DNA from: Eledone cirrhosa
Lineage: Eukaryota
Length of the DNA: 64,000 bases
Direction of reading: 5' to 3'
Assembly: GCA_964016885.1 (NCBI GenBank)
Contig: OZ024740.1
Span: 18,166,001 to 18,230,000 of the forward strand
Of this stretch, positions 10,668 through 22,645 are shown piece after piece. The translations under genes were made by a program, and so were the position numbers. The notes below the pieces were generated by a model that was not told the DNA's origin, ran no database searches, and saw nothing but the letters and a program-made list of their open reading frames with translations. Numbering within the stretch: the first letter of the stretch is position 1; the number at the start of each line of letters is the position of its first letter.

Positions 10668-11085
10668 ACATATATAATTTCAAATATAATTTAGCGAGAT
10701 CGTATTTCGGCGGTGACCAAAACAAAATGAAACGCAATCTTCGAGATATGCCGCAAGCGCTCAATGGACTAAGAATAAACAAGAGCAATTAACATGTGTT
10801 ATAAAGGCCAGATAAAAAGAAAACAGTGGTCGTGATGTCAACAGCCACCATAGCCGAAAAAACGAATCAAGCTAAACAGGTTATATATATATATAAAAAG
10901 GTTCAGGACCTCGACGGCAGAGCTCAAGTCGTTTCGACGGCTATTTCTGAGTCCTGACTCTTTTCCTATTACCCACTCTACTACCCAAAGTATCGAGTAC
11001 TCTGGTGCGTTATAGTCCACCTGGTTCCTTACCACACTTCCTTCATTATATATATATATATATATAACAAATTTAATATAGAAAT

Positions 11086-11645
11086 TTCCGAGGCCATAGT
11101 ATCTAGAATAAGGACGGGCTGGAAGAAGTTTAGGGAGCTGCTTCCTCTGCTGACGAAGAAGGGTTTCTCCCTGCGTATGAAAGGCAAGTTATATGATGCC
11201 TGTGTGAGGAGCGCGATGCTGCATGGTAGTGAGACATGGGCAGCAACTGCAGAGGATATGCGACGGCTGGAGAGAAATGAGGCAAGCATGCTCCGTTGGA
11301 TGTGCAGTGTCAATGTGCGTGAATGACCCAGCATGAATGTGTTGAGAGAGAAACTGTCTCTGAGAGGAATAGAATGTAGTGTGCGAGAAAGGAGACTGAG
11401 GTAGTATGGACATGTGATGCGCATGGAGGATGACCGATGGGTGAAGAAGTGCCAGGAAATGCCACTTGAAGGAAGACGTGGTAGAGGTAGACCACGAAAA
11501 ATGTGGGTGGAGGTGGTGAGAACAGACCTCAGATAGGAGATGACGAAGGACCGTGACAAGTGGAGAGATGCTGTGCTGAATAAGACCCATCCCACCCTTG
11601 CAAGCAGGGAAAAGTGGACGTAAAATGATGATGATGATGATGATG
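11086..11645 (+). mobile_element. 5'-truncated RTE-clade LINE with (GAT)n tail
   Basis: Translates ...KGKLYDACVRSAMLHGSETW...MLRWMC...RRLR*YGHVMRM...GRRGRGRPRKMW, with in-frame stops. Confidence 0.9.
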
Positions 11646-11646
11646 A

Positions 11647-11828
11647 AATGGCTTCTACAGGACTAGAACTGTTTCATTCAAAGGAAATCATTGGGGCTTT
11701 CCTGATGATTTGAAACAGTTCTAGTCCTGTAGAAGCCATTCCTATATTAAATTTGTTATATACACTCTACTAATGTATTGAGTACCTTACTTACTGTGGT
11801 TACCTCCAATTGAACTGGGACTCTGTCT
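11647..11828 (+). mobile_element. Family B hammerhead element with inverted 5' copy (fold-back)
   Basis: aatggcttctacaggactagaactgtttca (11647) is the reverse complement of tgaaacagttctagtcctgtagaagccatt (11711-11740); CTGATGA at 11702 with stem II deleted. Confidence 0.8.
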
Positions 11829-11967
11829 AACTCATGCTAGCATGGAAGAACGGACGTAAAACGGTGATGATGATGATTATGATGATGATGACTCATATAT
11901 ATATATATATGTAGTGTAGGTGATTCAGTGAATTATTGGTGGTGGTACCAAAACAAGCACTCTATGC

Positions 11968-12287
11968 TTGTCCAATTTTCAAATCTTATCCAATTTTCAA
12001 ATCCTGTCCTATTTTCAAATCTTATTCAATTTTCAAATCCTGTCCTATTTTCAAATCTTATCCAATTTTCAAATCCTGTCCTATTTTCAAATCTTGTCCT
12101 ATTTTCAAATACTGTTTTTACTATGTCAGAAATTCCAGAGATTCTCCACTACATCTACTTCTTTCTGTCTTCAAGATTTGAAAATAGGACAAAATTTGAA
12201 AATAGGACAACATTTGAAAATAGGACAAGATTTGAAAAGAGCACAAGATTTGAAAATAGGATAAGATTTGAAAATAGGACAAGATTT
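11968..12287. repeat. Two inverted arrays of an 18-bp unit (TCCTATTTTCAAATCTTG), ~8 plus ~6 copies around a ~62-bp spacer; foldback/MITE-like
   Basis: 11968-12110 versus reverse complement 12173-12287. Confidence 0.9.
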
Positions 12288-12865
12288 TAACAAAGAAATT
12301 AAGACAAAATATAAACGATTTTAACATTTTTCACTTTGGAGAATTAACATTTAGTAAAAAGTAGAAAGTTGTTTTAGAATAATATCATTTCTCTTTCAAA
12401 ATGTATCTTTTAATGTCAGCTCCACATAATTAGTTTAAAATGGTAAATCTAGTGATTAACTTTGAAAAGACAACAAATGGCAGAATGACTTTAGTCTGTA
12501 ATGAGGAGATGAAGGGGTCAAAATTTAGAAAGGTCAATGCTAAGGAAGTAGTTCTTGATCTCAAATTATTTAACATCAAATGACAATAAATGTTGCTACA
12601 TGGGGATTATATAGGAACATTAGTGCTCATAGATTGTTTCTATATGAATATATATTGTTGTTATGATTGTTACATTAGTTCAATACTGCTACATGGCTAG
12701 ATGTTGATATATGTATTATCTTGGAACATTGCTGCTATGTATATATATATAAGTTAAAACAATGAAATAAAATATTAAGTCATTAGAGATTCTTCATGTA
12801 GAATAGACCCCACAACTTACTGTGGATACCTCTGTGTGTATATATATATATATACACATATATGT

Positions 12866-13040
12866 ATGTAAAAGGTAAACAGAAGTAACAACACAATCGG
12901 TACAGTATATGGAAGGAATATATTAGGTTAACACTTGTAATAGCAGGAAGAGGGTCTTAACATTTTGGACGCTAGTCCTTCATCAGAAGAAAGAATGAGA
13001 AATTAGAAAGATTGAAGGGACGGGCGGGGCGGAATCAGAA
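12866..13040 (-). mobile_element. Family A hammerhead element, copy 2 (ribozyme 12955-12990, GAAAC mutated to AAAAT)
   Basis: Reverse complement matches 2789-2962. Confidence 0.85.
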
Positions 13041-13526
13041 AAAAAATGGTTTTAGAGAAAAATAACAGGTCCATTCATGTTGTCATCTCTTGGAAAACTG
13101 TTGATGCTGGCGTTTTGTGTATGATTTATTTTTTAGAAAAGTGGATGATGGAGCGCGTCGACATGAAATGGAAAAAAAAACCAGTTTTGTATAAAGAGCT
13201 ATTCATGTGCGCGTGCGTATGCATCTGTGTGTGTGGTGTGTGTTATTGTACATCCATACGAAGCTATGAGGATATGTGTGTGTGTATATGTAAATAAAAG
13301 AGTGTATGTGTGTATACAGAGCTGTAAAGGGAAAAGTAGAGGTGTGTGTGATAACGGGCAGAGTGAATGTGATGGAGCAAAGGGTAGAGAAGTAAGCACG
13401 AACGTATAAGTGTAATATTAAAGAAATTGGGGAGAGGAGTTGAGTCCATGAGGGAAACAGGACCCAAGGTGGTAAATCAGACTCCGTTCAGTCCTGGTGC
13501 ACGAGGCCAGTGATCCGTGATGTAAA

Positions 13527-13592
<66 letters not shown>

Positions 13593-13793
13593 TAATTATA
13601 ATAATAATAATGGTTTCTTATATAGACACAAGGCCAGTAATTTGGGGGGAGGGGAAAGTCGATTAAATCGACCCCAGTGTATGACAGGTACTTTATTTTA
13701 TCGACCCCATAAGGATGAAAGGCAAAGTTAACCTCGGCGGGATTTGAGCTCAGATCATAAAGAGCCGTAACACTATGCTGCAATCCACCGCCC

Positions 13794-13828
<35 letters not shown>

Positions 13829-13849
13829 TATTATTATTATTATTATAAT

Positions 13850-14870
13850 AATGAAGTTATTGTGTACAGTGCTCAGGTGCACTACAACTCATCAAAGGTG
13901 CATGTATAGTACATAGGATAATGTACAAATGTCAGGAAAGTGAACAGTGCATGAGTCATGATATACATGTGTGCGTGTGCATGAAGGGGGGATATCAGGT
14001 GTAGTGTTGGCGAATTTCAAGAAGCATGGAGGTTTTAAAGGATGCAGTGTCTCGACAGCTAACAACTGATGCAGGTAGTTTGTTCCATGGAGGCCTGAAA
14101 GGATGCAGTGTCTCGACAGCTAACAACTGATGCAGGTAGTTTGTTCCATGCTTCAGCAACTCTGAGCGTGAAACAATGTTTCTGAAAGTCATGGGAACTG
14201 TGCTGTTTTCTGACTTTGTAGGCATGCCCACGTGTGTTAGACACATAGAAATCAAAAAGGTACTCAGGGTTGTTGTTGGCAAGATGGTTAATAATTTAAT
14301 GGGTGTCTACCAAGTCAGTTGCCAGATGTTGAAGCTTCAATGTATCCATGCCCAGGGAAGTAAGGCGTTCAGAGTATGGTTAGATGCCTGATGGAGGGTA
14401 ATGTTCCAGGTGGTCAATGTTCTGAGCAAGATAGGAGTTCAAGACTGGTGATGCAAATTCTAAGTGTGGCCGCACCATAGCTATCTACAGCTTTAAATAG
14501 ATAGCTGGAAGCGGCTGACAAAGGTCTTGCTGAGTGATGCTAAGACACCCTCTGCCTTCTTGACAATTTTAGAGACGTGCTTTGTCCAACGCAAATCGCT
14601 GCTGACAGTAATGCCCAGGTCACGTTCCCAAGATGACTTCTTGATATTAGTGTTGTGGAGGGAGTATGTGGATGCTGGGTTTTCCCCCCAAAAAATGCAT
14701 GGTGGTACTCAGTTGCCAGTCCGTGATCCATTGCTGCATTGTATCCAGGTCTGATTGCAAGAAAGATCTATTGTGTTCAGGATCTTTCCTTTTTATTTCA
14801 AGGAACAGCTTGATGTCATCTGCATATTTCAGTACTGTGGCATTCTTTAAATTGGTATCTATATCATTAA
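13850..14870 (-). mobile_element. 5'-truncated CR1-like LINE with a duplicated 61-bp segment (14025-14150) and (TAA/ATT)n tail
   Basis: INDIDTNLKNATVLKYADDIKLF, RPHLEFASPV, TRGHAYK, FTLRVAEAWNKLPASVV; frameshifted. Confidence 0.9.
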
Positions 14871-14950
14871 TATATGCATATATATATATGCATATATGTA
14901 TATATATATATATATACATACTTACATATATATATATATATCATGTGTAA

Positions 14951-15156
14951 TATAGAAATGACATCTACAGCTCTAGAACTGTTTTATTCAAAAGAAATAA
15001 TCGGGAAAGGGCTTTCCTGATGATTTTTTTTTTTAATGAGACAGTTTCAATCCTGTGGAAGCCATTTCTATAGTAAACATGATGTTTACACTCTACCAAT
15101 GTATTGAGTACCTTACTTTACTAACTGTGGTTACCTCCAATTGAACTCAGGTCTCA
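14951..15156 (+). mobile_element. Family B hammerhead element, older fold-back copy
   Basis: tatagaaatg...cgggaaa / gggc / tttcctgatga...catttctata inverted pair; shares the 3' tail aatgtattgagtacctta...ggttacctccaattgaac with 11647-11828. Confidence 0.78.
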
Positions 15157-15404
15157 CACATATATATATTCTAAAGTAAGGTTTTTTTAAATATATCCCA
15201 CATCAATTAATATCAATTTAGGAAAAAGAAGTTGAAAATATAATTGTAGTCTCTTTGCGCGTAATTGCTTTTCACCGCTCCTATTAATGACGTATTATAT
15301 TCGTTTTTCCCGTTCTTAGCCAGCGAACGTTTCCACGAACCAAAGTATCGTCTTCCTGTCTTCCTCCGGTTGCAACGTTTTTTGAAATATCCAGTTCTGC
15401 GTTT

Positions 15405-15480
15405 ACAGATTGACTTTGTTAGTTTCAGAAGATCCCGTTAAGGGTGAAAGCAGCGATTCTTTGCTTAAACTTTAATCTGT
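15405..15480 (+). ncRNA. Extended type I hammerhead with CAGAAGA core, family F (5' pseudo-LTR)
   Basis: ACAGATTGA-ctttgtt-AGTTT-CAGAAGA-tCCC(gttaa)GGGt-GAAAGCA(gcgattctt)TGCT-T-AAACT-TTAATCTGT; predicted cut after 15466. Confidence 0.8.
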
Positions 15481-15622
15481 TATTTTAATAAATATTTGCT
15501 CTACGGTTCTTATATATTTGATATATATTTATCCTTATCGAGCCCTCTTTGGATTTTAGTCTTCAAATTTATTATTACTATTTGGCTCCCTCGGTTGAGC
15601 ACTCTACTGACTTATATTCACC

Positions 15623-17548
15623 ATGCAGAAACAACATCTGAATATTTCTACAAAGAACATACCCGTACCAAGCAGGAAAACATATCTAAAACTCCTGATA
15701 CAGAAAACAGACGCGTTCATTAAAAGGTTGCGTTGGCGGGCCTTTTACTTCGATAATCCGCGAAAAGCAGACAACAAACAGGATAAATTTGGATTTAAAA
15801 CCTATAATAACCCCCCGTGTAACCCAGCATTGCTACCCTTCGAAAATGATGTCTTGGAACTCATTCGGAGTATCAAATTTCGGAATAGGAGCAATTCCTT
15901 CCAGCAAGACCTGAAGAATAGAATTCGTTCTATTAAGGATTCTAATGCCGTGCACGTCCATTCCGACAAAACTGGCAACCTATATCAAGTGGAGTGCAGT
16001 ACTTACCATCAACTACTACATAATGTTGTAACTAAGGATTACCGTAAAACTAATCGGTGCGTCATCAACGAAATCAACGATGCTGGGTTTAAAATCACAT
16101 CTGATCTCAACATCCTGGACCGGACCGAACCTCTGGACCCTATTTCTCCCCACTTTACCCTGAAGGATCACAAATCCAATTTTCCGAACAACCTCTCTAT
16201 TCGGCTTATTAACCCTACGAAGTCCGATTTAGGTAGACTTAGTAAGACGATTCTTGATAGAGTTATACCTGAAATTAGAAACTTGGCCCCTCTTGCACTG
16301 TGGAACAATTCCTTCGCGGTGATTGATTGGTTCAACGGCATATGTAACAAGGAACATTGCCGCTTTATCCAATTCGACATCAACAATTACTACTCCTCCA
16401 TCACTTTACCACTTCTCCTTAGAGCTATCAATTTCGCTAAAACACTCACAGTGGTTAAGGATTTCGAGGTTGATGTCATCCTCAATGCTCGAAAGTCGGT
16501 GATTAATTTCGACGACTCTATTTGGATTAAAAAATCCAATAGTACCCCATTCGACGTGAGTATGGGCGCCAGCGATTCTGCGGAGGTTACTGATCTTATC
16601 GGCCTTTTCCTTCTTTTCTCTATCAAGGACGAATTCCCCAACGCGGGCGGTGGTTTGTACCGTGACGATGGTCTTTTGACCATGACTAAGTGCGGACCTC
16701 GTGCTTGCGACAGGTTCAGAAAAGAACTCACAGCCTTCTTTAAAGGCTTCAACCTCTCCATACAGGTTGAGGCCAATCTCTCGGTCGTTAATTACCTCGA
16801 CGTTACCCTCAACTTATTGAATGGGTTGTATTACCCGTATAGAAAGCCGAATGATATGCTTAATTACATAAGTAAGCATTCCAACCATCCTGCCAGCATA
16901 ACCAAGAACCTGGTAAGAAACGTTTCGTTGAGGCTTTCCCGTCTTTCCACCAACAAGCGTATTTTCAACGACCATTCCACTTATTACAATGAAGCTCTTG
17001 CTCGAAGTGGATTTGTCGATAAGGTAGCATATACAGAGTACGAAAATAGACCTAGAAGAAATAGATCCCGTCGCATTTGTTGGTATAACCCACCATATAA
17101 TATGGAGGTGGCCACACCATTAGCTAAGATCTTTCTTTCCCTTATTACGAAGCATTTTCCCCCTACACATAAATATAGTAAAATTTTTAATAGAAATACT
17201 ATTAAAATTTCTTACTCTACGACTCCTAACCTTGCACATAACATCACAGCTTCAAATTTAGCTAAACTACCTAGCCGTAGGAACACGTGCAACCCTGAAG
17301 TTAGTACTAACTGTAATTGTAGGAATCGGGTTGATTGCCCCCTATCCGGGAATTGCCTCTCTAGTAACATTATTTACAAATGTAAGGTTGTATCACCCAC
17401 GTCCCGTAGGGCCTACACAGGGTTAACCGCCAATAGATTCAAGCAGCGTCTTTACATGCATACCCATTCTTTTCGTTACCCTCTTAGAAGGAATATGACG
17501 TCACTTTCAGCTTATATCTGGAGTCTAAAAGACAACCACACCCAATAA
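15623..17548 (+). CDS. PLE reverse transcriptase + GIY-YIG endonuclease; the C-terminus continues after a 1-nt frameshift at ~17547
   Basis: SDKTGNLY, IRLINPTKSDLGRLSK, FIQFDINNYYSSI, FDVSMGASDSAEVTDLIG, GLYRDDGL, NYLDVTL, WYNPPY, CNCRNRVDCPLSGNC, IIY...YTGLT..FKQR; then KLHWEIL...CDLCAAE...LNKKSEAISACKH in the shifted frame. Confidence 0.93.
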   Translation: MQKQHLNISTKNIPVPSRKTYLKLLIQKTDAFIKRLRWRAFYFDNPRKADNKQDKFGFKTYNNPPCNPALLPFENDVLELIRSIKFRNRSNSFQQDLKNRIRSIKDSNAVHVHSDKTGNLYQVECSTYHQLLHNVVTKDYRKTNRCVINEINDAGFKITSDLNILDRTEPLDPISPHFTLKDHKSNFPNNLSIRLINPTKSDLGRLSKTILDRVIPEIRNLAPLALWNNSFAVIDWFNGICNKEHCRFIQFDINNYYSSITLPLLLRAINFAKTLTVVKDFEVDVILNARKSVINFDDSIWIKKSNSTPFDVSMGASDSAEVTDLIGLFLLFSIKDEFPNAGGGLYRDDGLLTMTKCGPRACDRFRKELTAFFKGFNLSIQVEANLSVVNYLDVTLNLLNGLYYPYRKPNDMLNYISKHSNHPASITKNLVRNVSLRLSRLSTNKRIFNDHSTYYNEALARSGFVDKVAYTEYENRPRRNRSRRICWYNPPYNMEVATPLAKIFLSLITKHFPPTHKYSKIFNRNTIKISYSTTPNLAHNITASNLAKLPSRRNTCNPEVSTNCNCRNRVDCPLSGNCLSSNIIYKCKVVSPTSRRAYTGLTANRFKQRLYMHTHSFRYPLRRNMTSLSAYIWSLKDNHTQ

Positions 17549-18331
17549 TAAGTTACACTGGGAGATCCTAGCTAGGGCTAGATCGTATAACGGAAATAAA
17601 AGACCATGTGACCTCTGCGCCGCTGAGGCCCTGGAAATACTCTACGCCACAGACCACATCTTAAACAAAAAATCTGAGGCAATTTCGGCTTGTAAACATA
17701 AATTGCACAAAACTTTCCTGTATACAGCCCCACGTTATACCCTAACGGATAGTTCGATCTATACGTGGATATTTTACGTCTCGATGTGGGAGCTAAGTAT
17801 ATGTTTGTTTATACCTTTACTTATTTGCATAGGTAAGTATATATTATCCGTATGTTTTGTGAAGGTACGTATACCTTCGCGTACGTATATTTGATTGTTA
17901 TGGCGTATACATTTTTTAATATTTCTGGTACATATGGTTTGGCTATGTGTATACAGGAGTTTTGCGTCTGTGTGAGTATGCAGGTTCGTACGTATGTAGG
18001 GCGTGTGTATATGTGTACTTCATGTTTTGGTTGACTTACGTCTCCGAACATTCGTGTATTTACATGTAGGTATGTGTGTGCGCTTGTTATATACGTATTT
18101 ATTTATATACGTTTATATAATTATTTATTTATTTGTAGACACGCTTACACACACACACACATATTTATATGTGCGTGGTTTTGTTTACCTATGGTAAGTT
18201 TTGCGTATGCTTGTGTATGTACGTATTTGTTTGCGTGTTTGTATTTATTTATTTCTATTACTTCTGTATTGTATTTATTTACTTTGTTCTTAACTCTGTA
18301 GCGGAGATTCATTCGGTCTCCTAGTTAGAAT

Positions 18332-18590
18332 TTAGTCTACGACTTCTGCTATACCATTTACGTGGTTTTGTCTTTGCGTGCTATTGTTCCCCACGCTCCA
18401 CATATGACGTAGTATCTTCGTTTTTTCGTTCATTGCCAGAGAACGTCTCTATGTACCACCTAAGAGAACATTAGTCTACGACCTCTTTTATACCATAAAC
18501 GTGGTTCTGTCTTTGCGCGTAATTGCTTTTCACCGCTCCTATTAATGACGTATTATATTCGTTTTTTCCCGTTCTTAGCCAGCGAACGTT
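18332..18590 (+). repeat. Diverged ~140-bp tandem duplication in the PLE 3' region
   Basis: ttagtctacgac...ataccat...cgtggtt.tgtctttgcg...atgacgta.tat.ttcgtttttt...gccag.gaacgt occurs at 18332 and 18471. Confidence 0.85.
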
Positions 18591-18663
18591 ACCACGAACC
18601 AAAGTATCGTCTTCCTGTCTTCCTCCGGTTGCAAAGTTTTTTGAAATATCCAGTTCTGCGTTT

Positions 18664-18739
18664 ACAGATTGACTTTGTTAGTTTCAGAAGATCCCGTTAA
18701 GGGTGAAAGCAGCGATTCTTTGCTTAAACTTTAATCTGT
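18664..18739 (+). ncRNA. Family F hammerhead, identical copy in the 3' pseudo-LTR
   Basis: Same sequence as 15405-15480. Confidence 0.8.
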
Positions 18740-18746
18740 TATTTTA

Positions 18747-19785
<1,039 letters not shown>

Positions 19786-19789
19786 AAGG

Positions 19790-21240
19790 AGGAAGCAGAG
19801 TGGAGGCGGCCAAAAACTACAGGCCAGTCTCTCTGACTTCACATATCAGTAAGATCATGGAACGAATCATCAGAAAGAAACTGATCATGTTCCTCGAGGA
19901 AAACGACCGCTTAACTAGCACACAGCATGGCTTTTACCCAGGAAGAATCTTCCTCACACAACTGTTACAACACTATGACTGGGTACTGAAACAACTGCTA
20001 GGCAGCTCACACGTGGATGTGATATATCTTGATTTTGCGAAGGCTTTTGATGAGGTCGACCACGGAATGATATGTCACAAACTACACAGACTCGGTATAA
20101 CAGGAAAAGTAGGTGAGTGGCTGCATGATTTCTGAAAAGACAGAAGCCAGACAGTTGCAACCAATGGGGCCCTCTCAATAAAAAGTGGGGTGCCCAAGGG
20201 CACAGTCTTGGGACCACTACAGTTTTTGGTGGCTCTCTCAGACATGCCCTCTGTAGTACATACAACATCCATCACTAGCTATGCGGATGACACTAAGGTA
20301 GCACAGGCAATCAAAAACCCGGCTAATGCTGCCCTTTTACAACAAGATCTTGATGCCATAAACAAATGGGCTGAGGACAACAACATGCAGTTTAATGCTG
20401 GAAAATTTCAAGCCCTACAATACCAACCTGCAAACACAAATACAGTACAACACAGTTACACTGGACCAGGAGGGATTGAAAACCAATACAGGTCCTGGGA
20501 ATAGACATGAGTGACGATGCATCTTTTTCTTCACACATCATGAGGGTGGCGACAATGTGCAGACGACTCGCAGGCTAGATCTTGAAGGCTTTCCAGATAA
20601 GAGACCGAGAGACCCTGTTGATATTATTGATGACATTTGTCTTAAGCCGCCTGGACTATTGCTCCCAGTTGTGGTCACTCCATAGCATCAAACTAACCAT
20701 GGATCTTGAGGCAATCCAACAAAGCTACACCAAGAGGATTGCGACGATGAAGGCGATAAGCTACTGGGAGAGGCTAAAAGAACTGAATCTCTATTCCTTG
20801 GAACGAAGACAGGAGAGATACGCAGTGATATACATATGGAAAATCTTGTAGGGGCTAGCACCAAACTTTGGTATTGGAAGCTGGACCAACCCCCCGAACA
20901 GGACGTTACTGTGTGGTGCCAAATGTCCTATCTTCCACATCTAGAATAAGGAGTAGATATTGCAATAGCCTGGGGTTCAAGGGCCCTCAACTCTTCAACA
21001 AGCTGCCAAGAAATTTGAGAGATCTGCATGGTGTGGAGGTAGATGTTTTCAAGAAACATCTTGACACTGCTTTTCAGGATCCCAGATGAGCCCACAGCAC
21101 GGTATGAAGGTAACCTAAGAGCAGCAGCAATTAACTCCCTCTTACACCAATGCCAGCCAACAGAGGCTGGTGATAGAATGTGTAGCAACAAGGGCAGTGC
21201 TCCAGCATGGCCTCAGCCAGATGGCTGCAACAGGTAAAAG
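19790..21240 (+). mobile_element. Decayed CR1-group LINE ORF2 (RT through 3' end)
   Basis: [86 protein letters not shown]; several stops and frameshifts. Confidence 0.9.
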
Positions 21241-22045
21241 AGTAAAAGAGGAAAAGAGTAATATATATATACATACATACTTAGCTGTTACATGAATGCA
21301 TTCTTGGGTGTGTGACTGCAGCATGTAGGTATGGCTGCTACATGAGTGTTAGATGAATATATATGTGCTACATGGGTGTGGCGGTGGTGCATGGATATAT
21401 AGTTAGTTGTTATATGGTGGTATGACAATTACATGAATATATATAATTGCTACATGGGTGTGTGGCTACTACATGGATGTATGGTTGCTACATGTAGGTA
21501 TGACTTCTACACAAGTACTAGATGAATATATTTGTGCTACATGGGTGTATGACGACTAGAAGGTGTATGGATACATCACTGCTACATGAGTACATGGCTG
21601 CTACATGTGTGTATTATTGTTTGTATTGTTGTATAAATTGCAGTGAATTGGCAAACATTCTGGAGTATCAGAGAAAATGTTTTCAATCGTTGCTAACCTA
21701 ATTTACTAACCAAGTCACTGCACACTTTACACATAGGTAGCATTGTCAGTAGCAACATTTCTTCTTAGCTGTGCAGGTGTGGTGCATCTCTATGAATGCA
21801 TGTCAAATGCTGCTGCTCAGCTGCTTTGAAAAATTGCTGCACAGTAGTTGTGAATTTAAAATATTTTTACTTAGAGCGTTAAATGTTCAGTTTTGTGGTT
21901 GGGAAGAATCAAAGGGAATGTTGGTCACAGCCAATAAAGGTTGACTGTGACCAATTGATGTTTACATCTACTTTGTGACTGTGTCATGTTGTTTTTTACT
22001 GTTTAGTCAGGGAGGGACAGTAAAACATAAACGTATATATATATT

Positions 22046-22082
<37 letters not shown>

Positions 22083-22167
22083 TCTGTTGTAGGAAACCCT
22101 CAACTTTCTAATTTCATTCATTCACACCCACATTAACAGTAACAACAGCATCAACAACAACAACACT

Positions 22168-22390
22168 TGAGCCTCTATGTGCAGGAGAGGAGATTGCTTT
22201 GGTATGGACATGTGATGCATATGAAGGATGACAGCAGTATAAAAAGTTGCAGAGCACTGAAATTTGATGGCAGCTATGGAGTGGAAAGACCGAGGAAGAC
22301 TTGGGTTGAGGTGATAAAAGCTGACCTTGCTCAATTGTACCTCTCAAAGGTGATGACACAGGACTGAGATCTCTGGCGTTATGCTGTGCT
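22168..22390 (+). mobile_element. Old RTE 3' fragment; another more decayed one at ~22735-23013
   Basis: VQERRLLWYGHVMHM...RPRKTWVEVIKADL. Confidence 0.75.
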
Positions 22391-22645
22391 CAGGTGCACT
22401 ACAACACATCAAATGTGCATGTATAGTACATAGAATAATGTACAAATGTCAGGAAAGTGAACAGTGTATGAGTCATGATATACATGTGTGCGTGTGTATG
22501 GAGGGGGAATATCAAGTATAGTGTTGGTGAATTTCAGGAAGCATGGAGGTTTTAAAGGATGCAGTGTCTCAACAGCTAACAACTGATGCAAGGAGTTTGT
22601 TCCAGCTTCAGCAGCTCTGAGCATGAAACACAATGTTTCTGAAAG
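22386..22645 (-). mobile_element. CR1-like 3' end, same family as 13850-14870, with a single copy of the 61-bp segment
   Basis: Colinear with 13870-14190 but without the duplication. Confidence 0.88.

Larger units (their letters stand above)
15252..18754 (+). mobile_element. Near full-length Penelope-like retroelement with direct pseudo-LTRs (15252-15495 and 18510-18754)
   Basis: ~245-bp direct repeats differing at ~3 positions flank an RT-endonuclease ORF; the 3' end runs into (TA)n. Confidence 0.93.

Noticed and set aside
10690-10755. Possible hammerhead near CGGTGA...GAAAC
   Set aside because: An outer stem forms but stem II cannot pair and the core is incomplete on either strand.
21280-21610. 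Recurrent GCTACATG motif
   Set aside because: Highly decayed minisatellite with irregular period; no further structure supportable.
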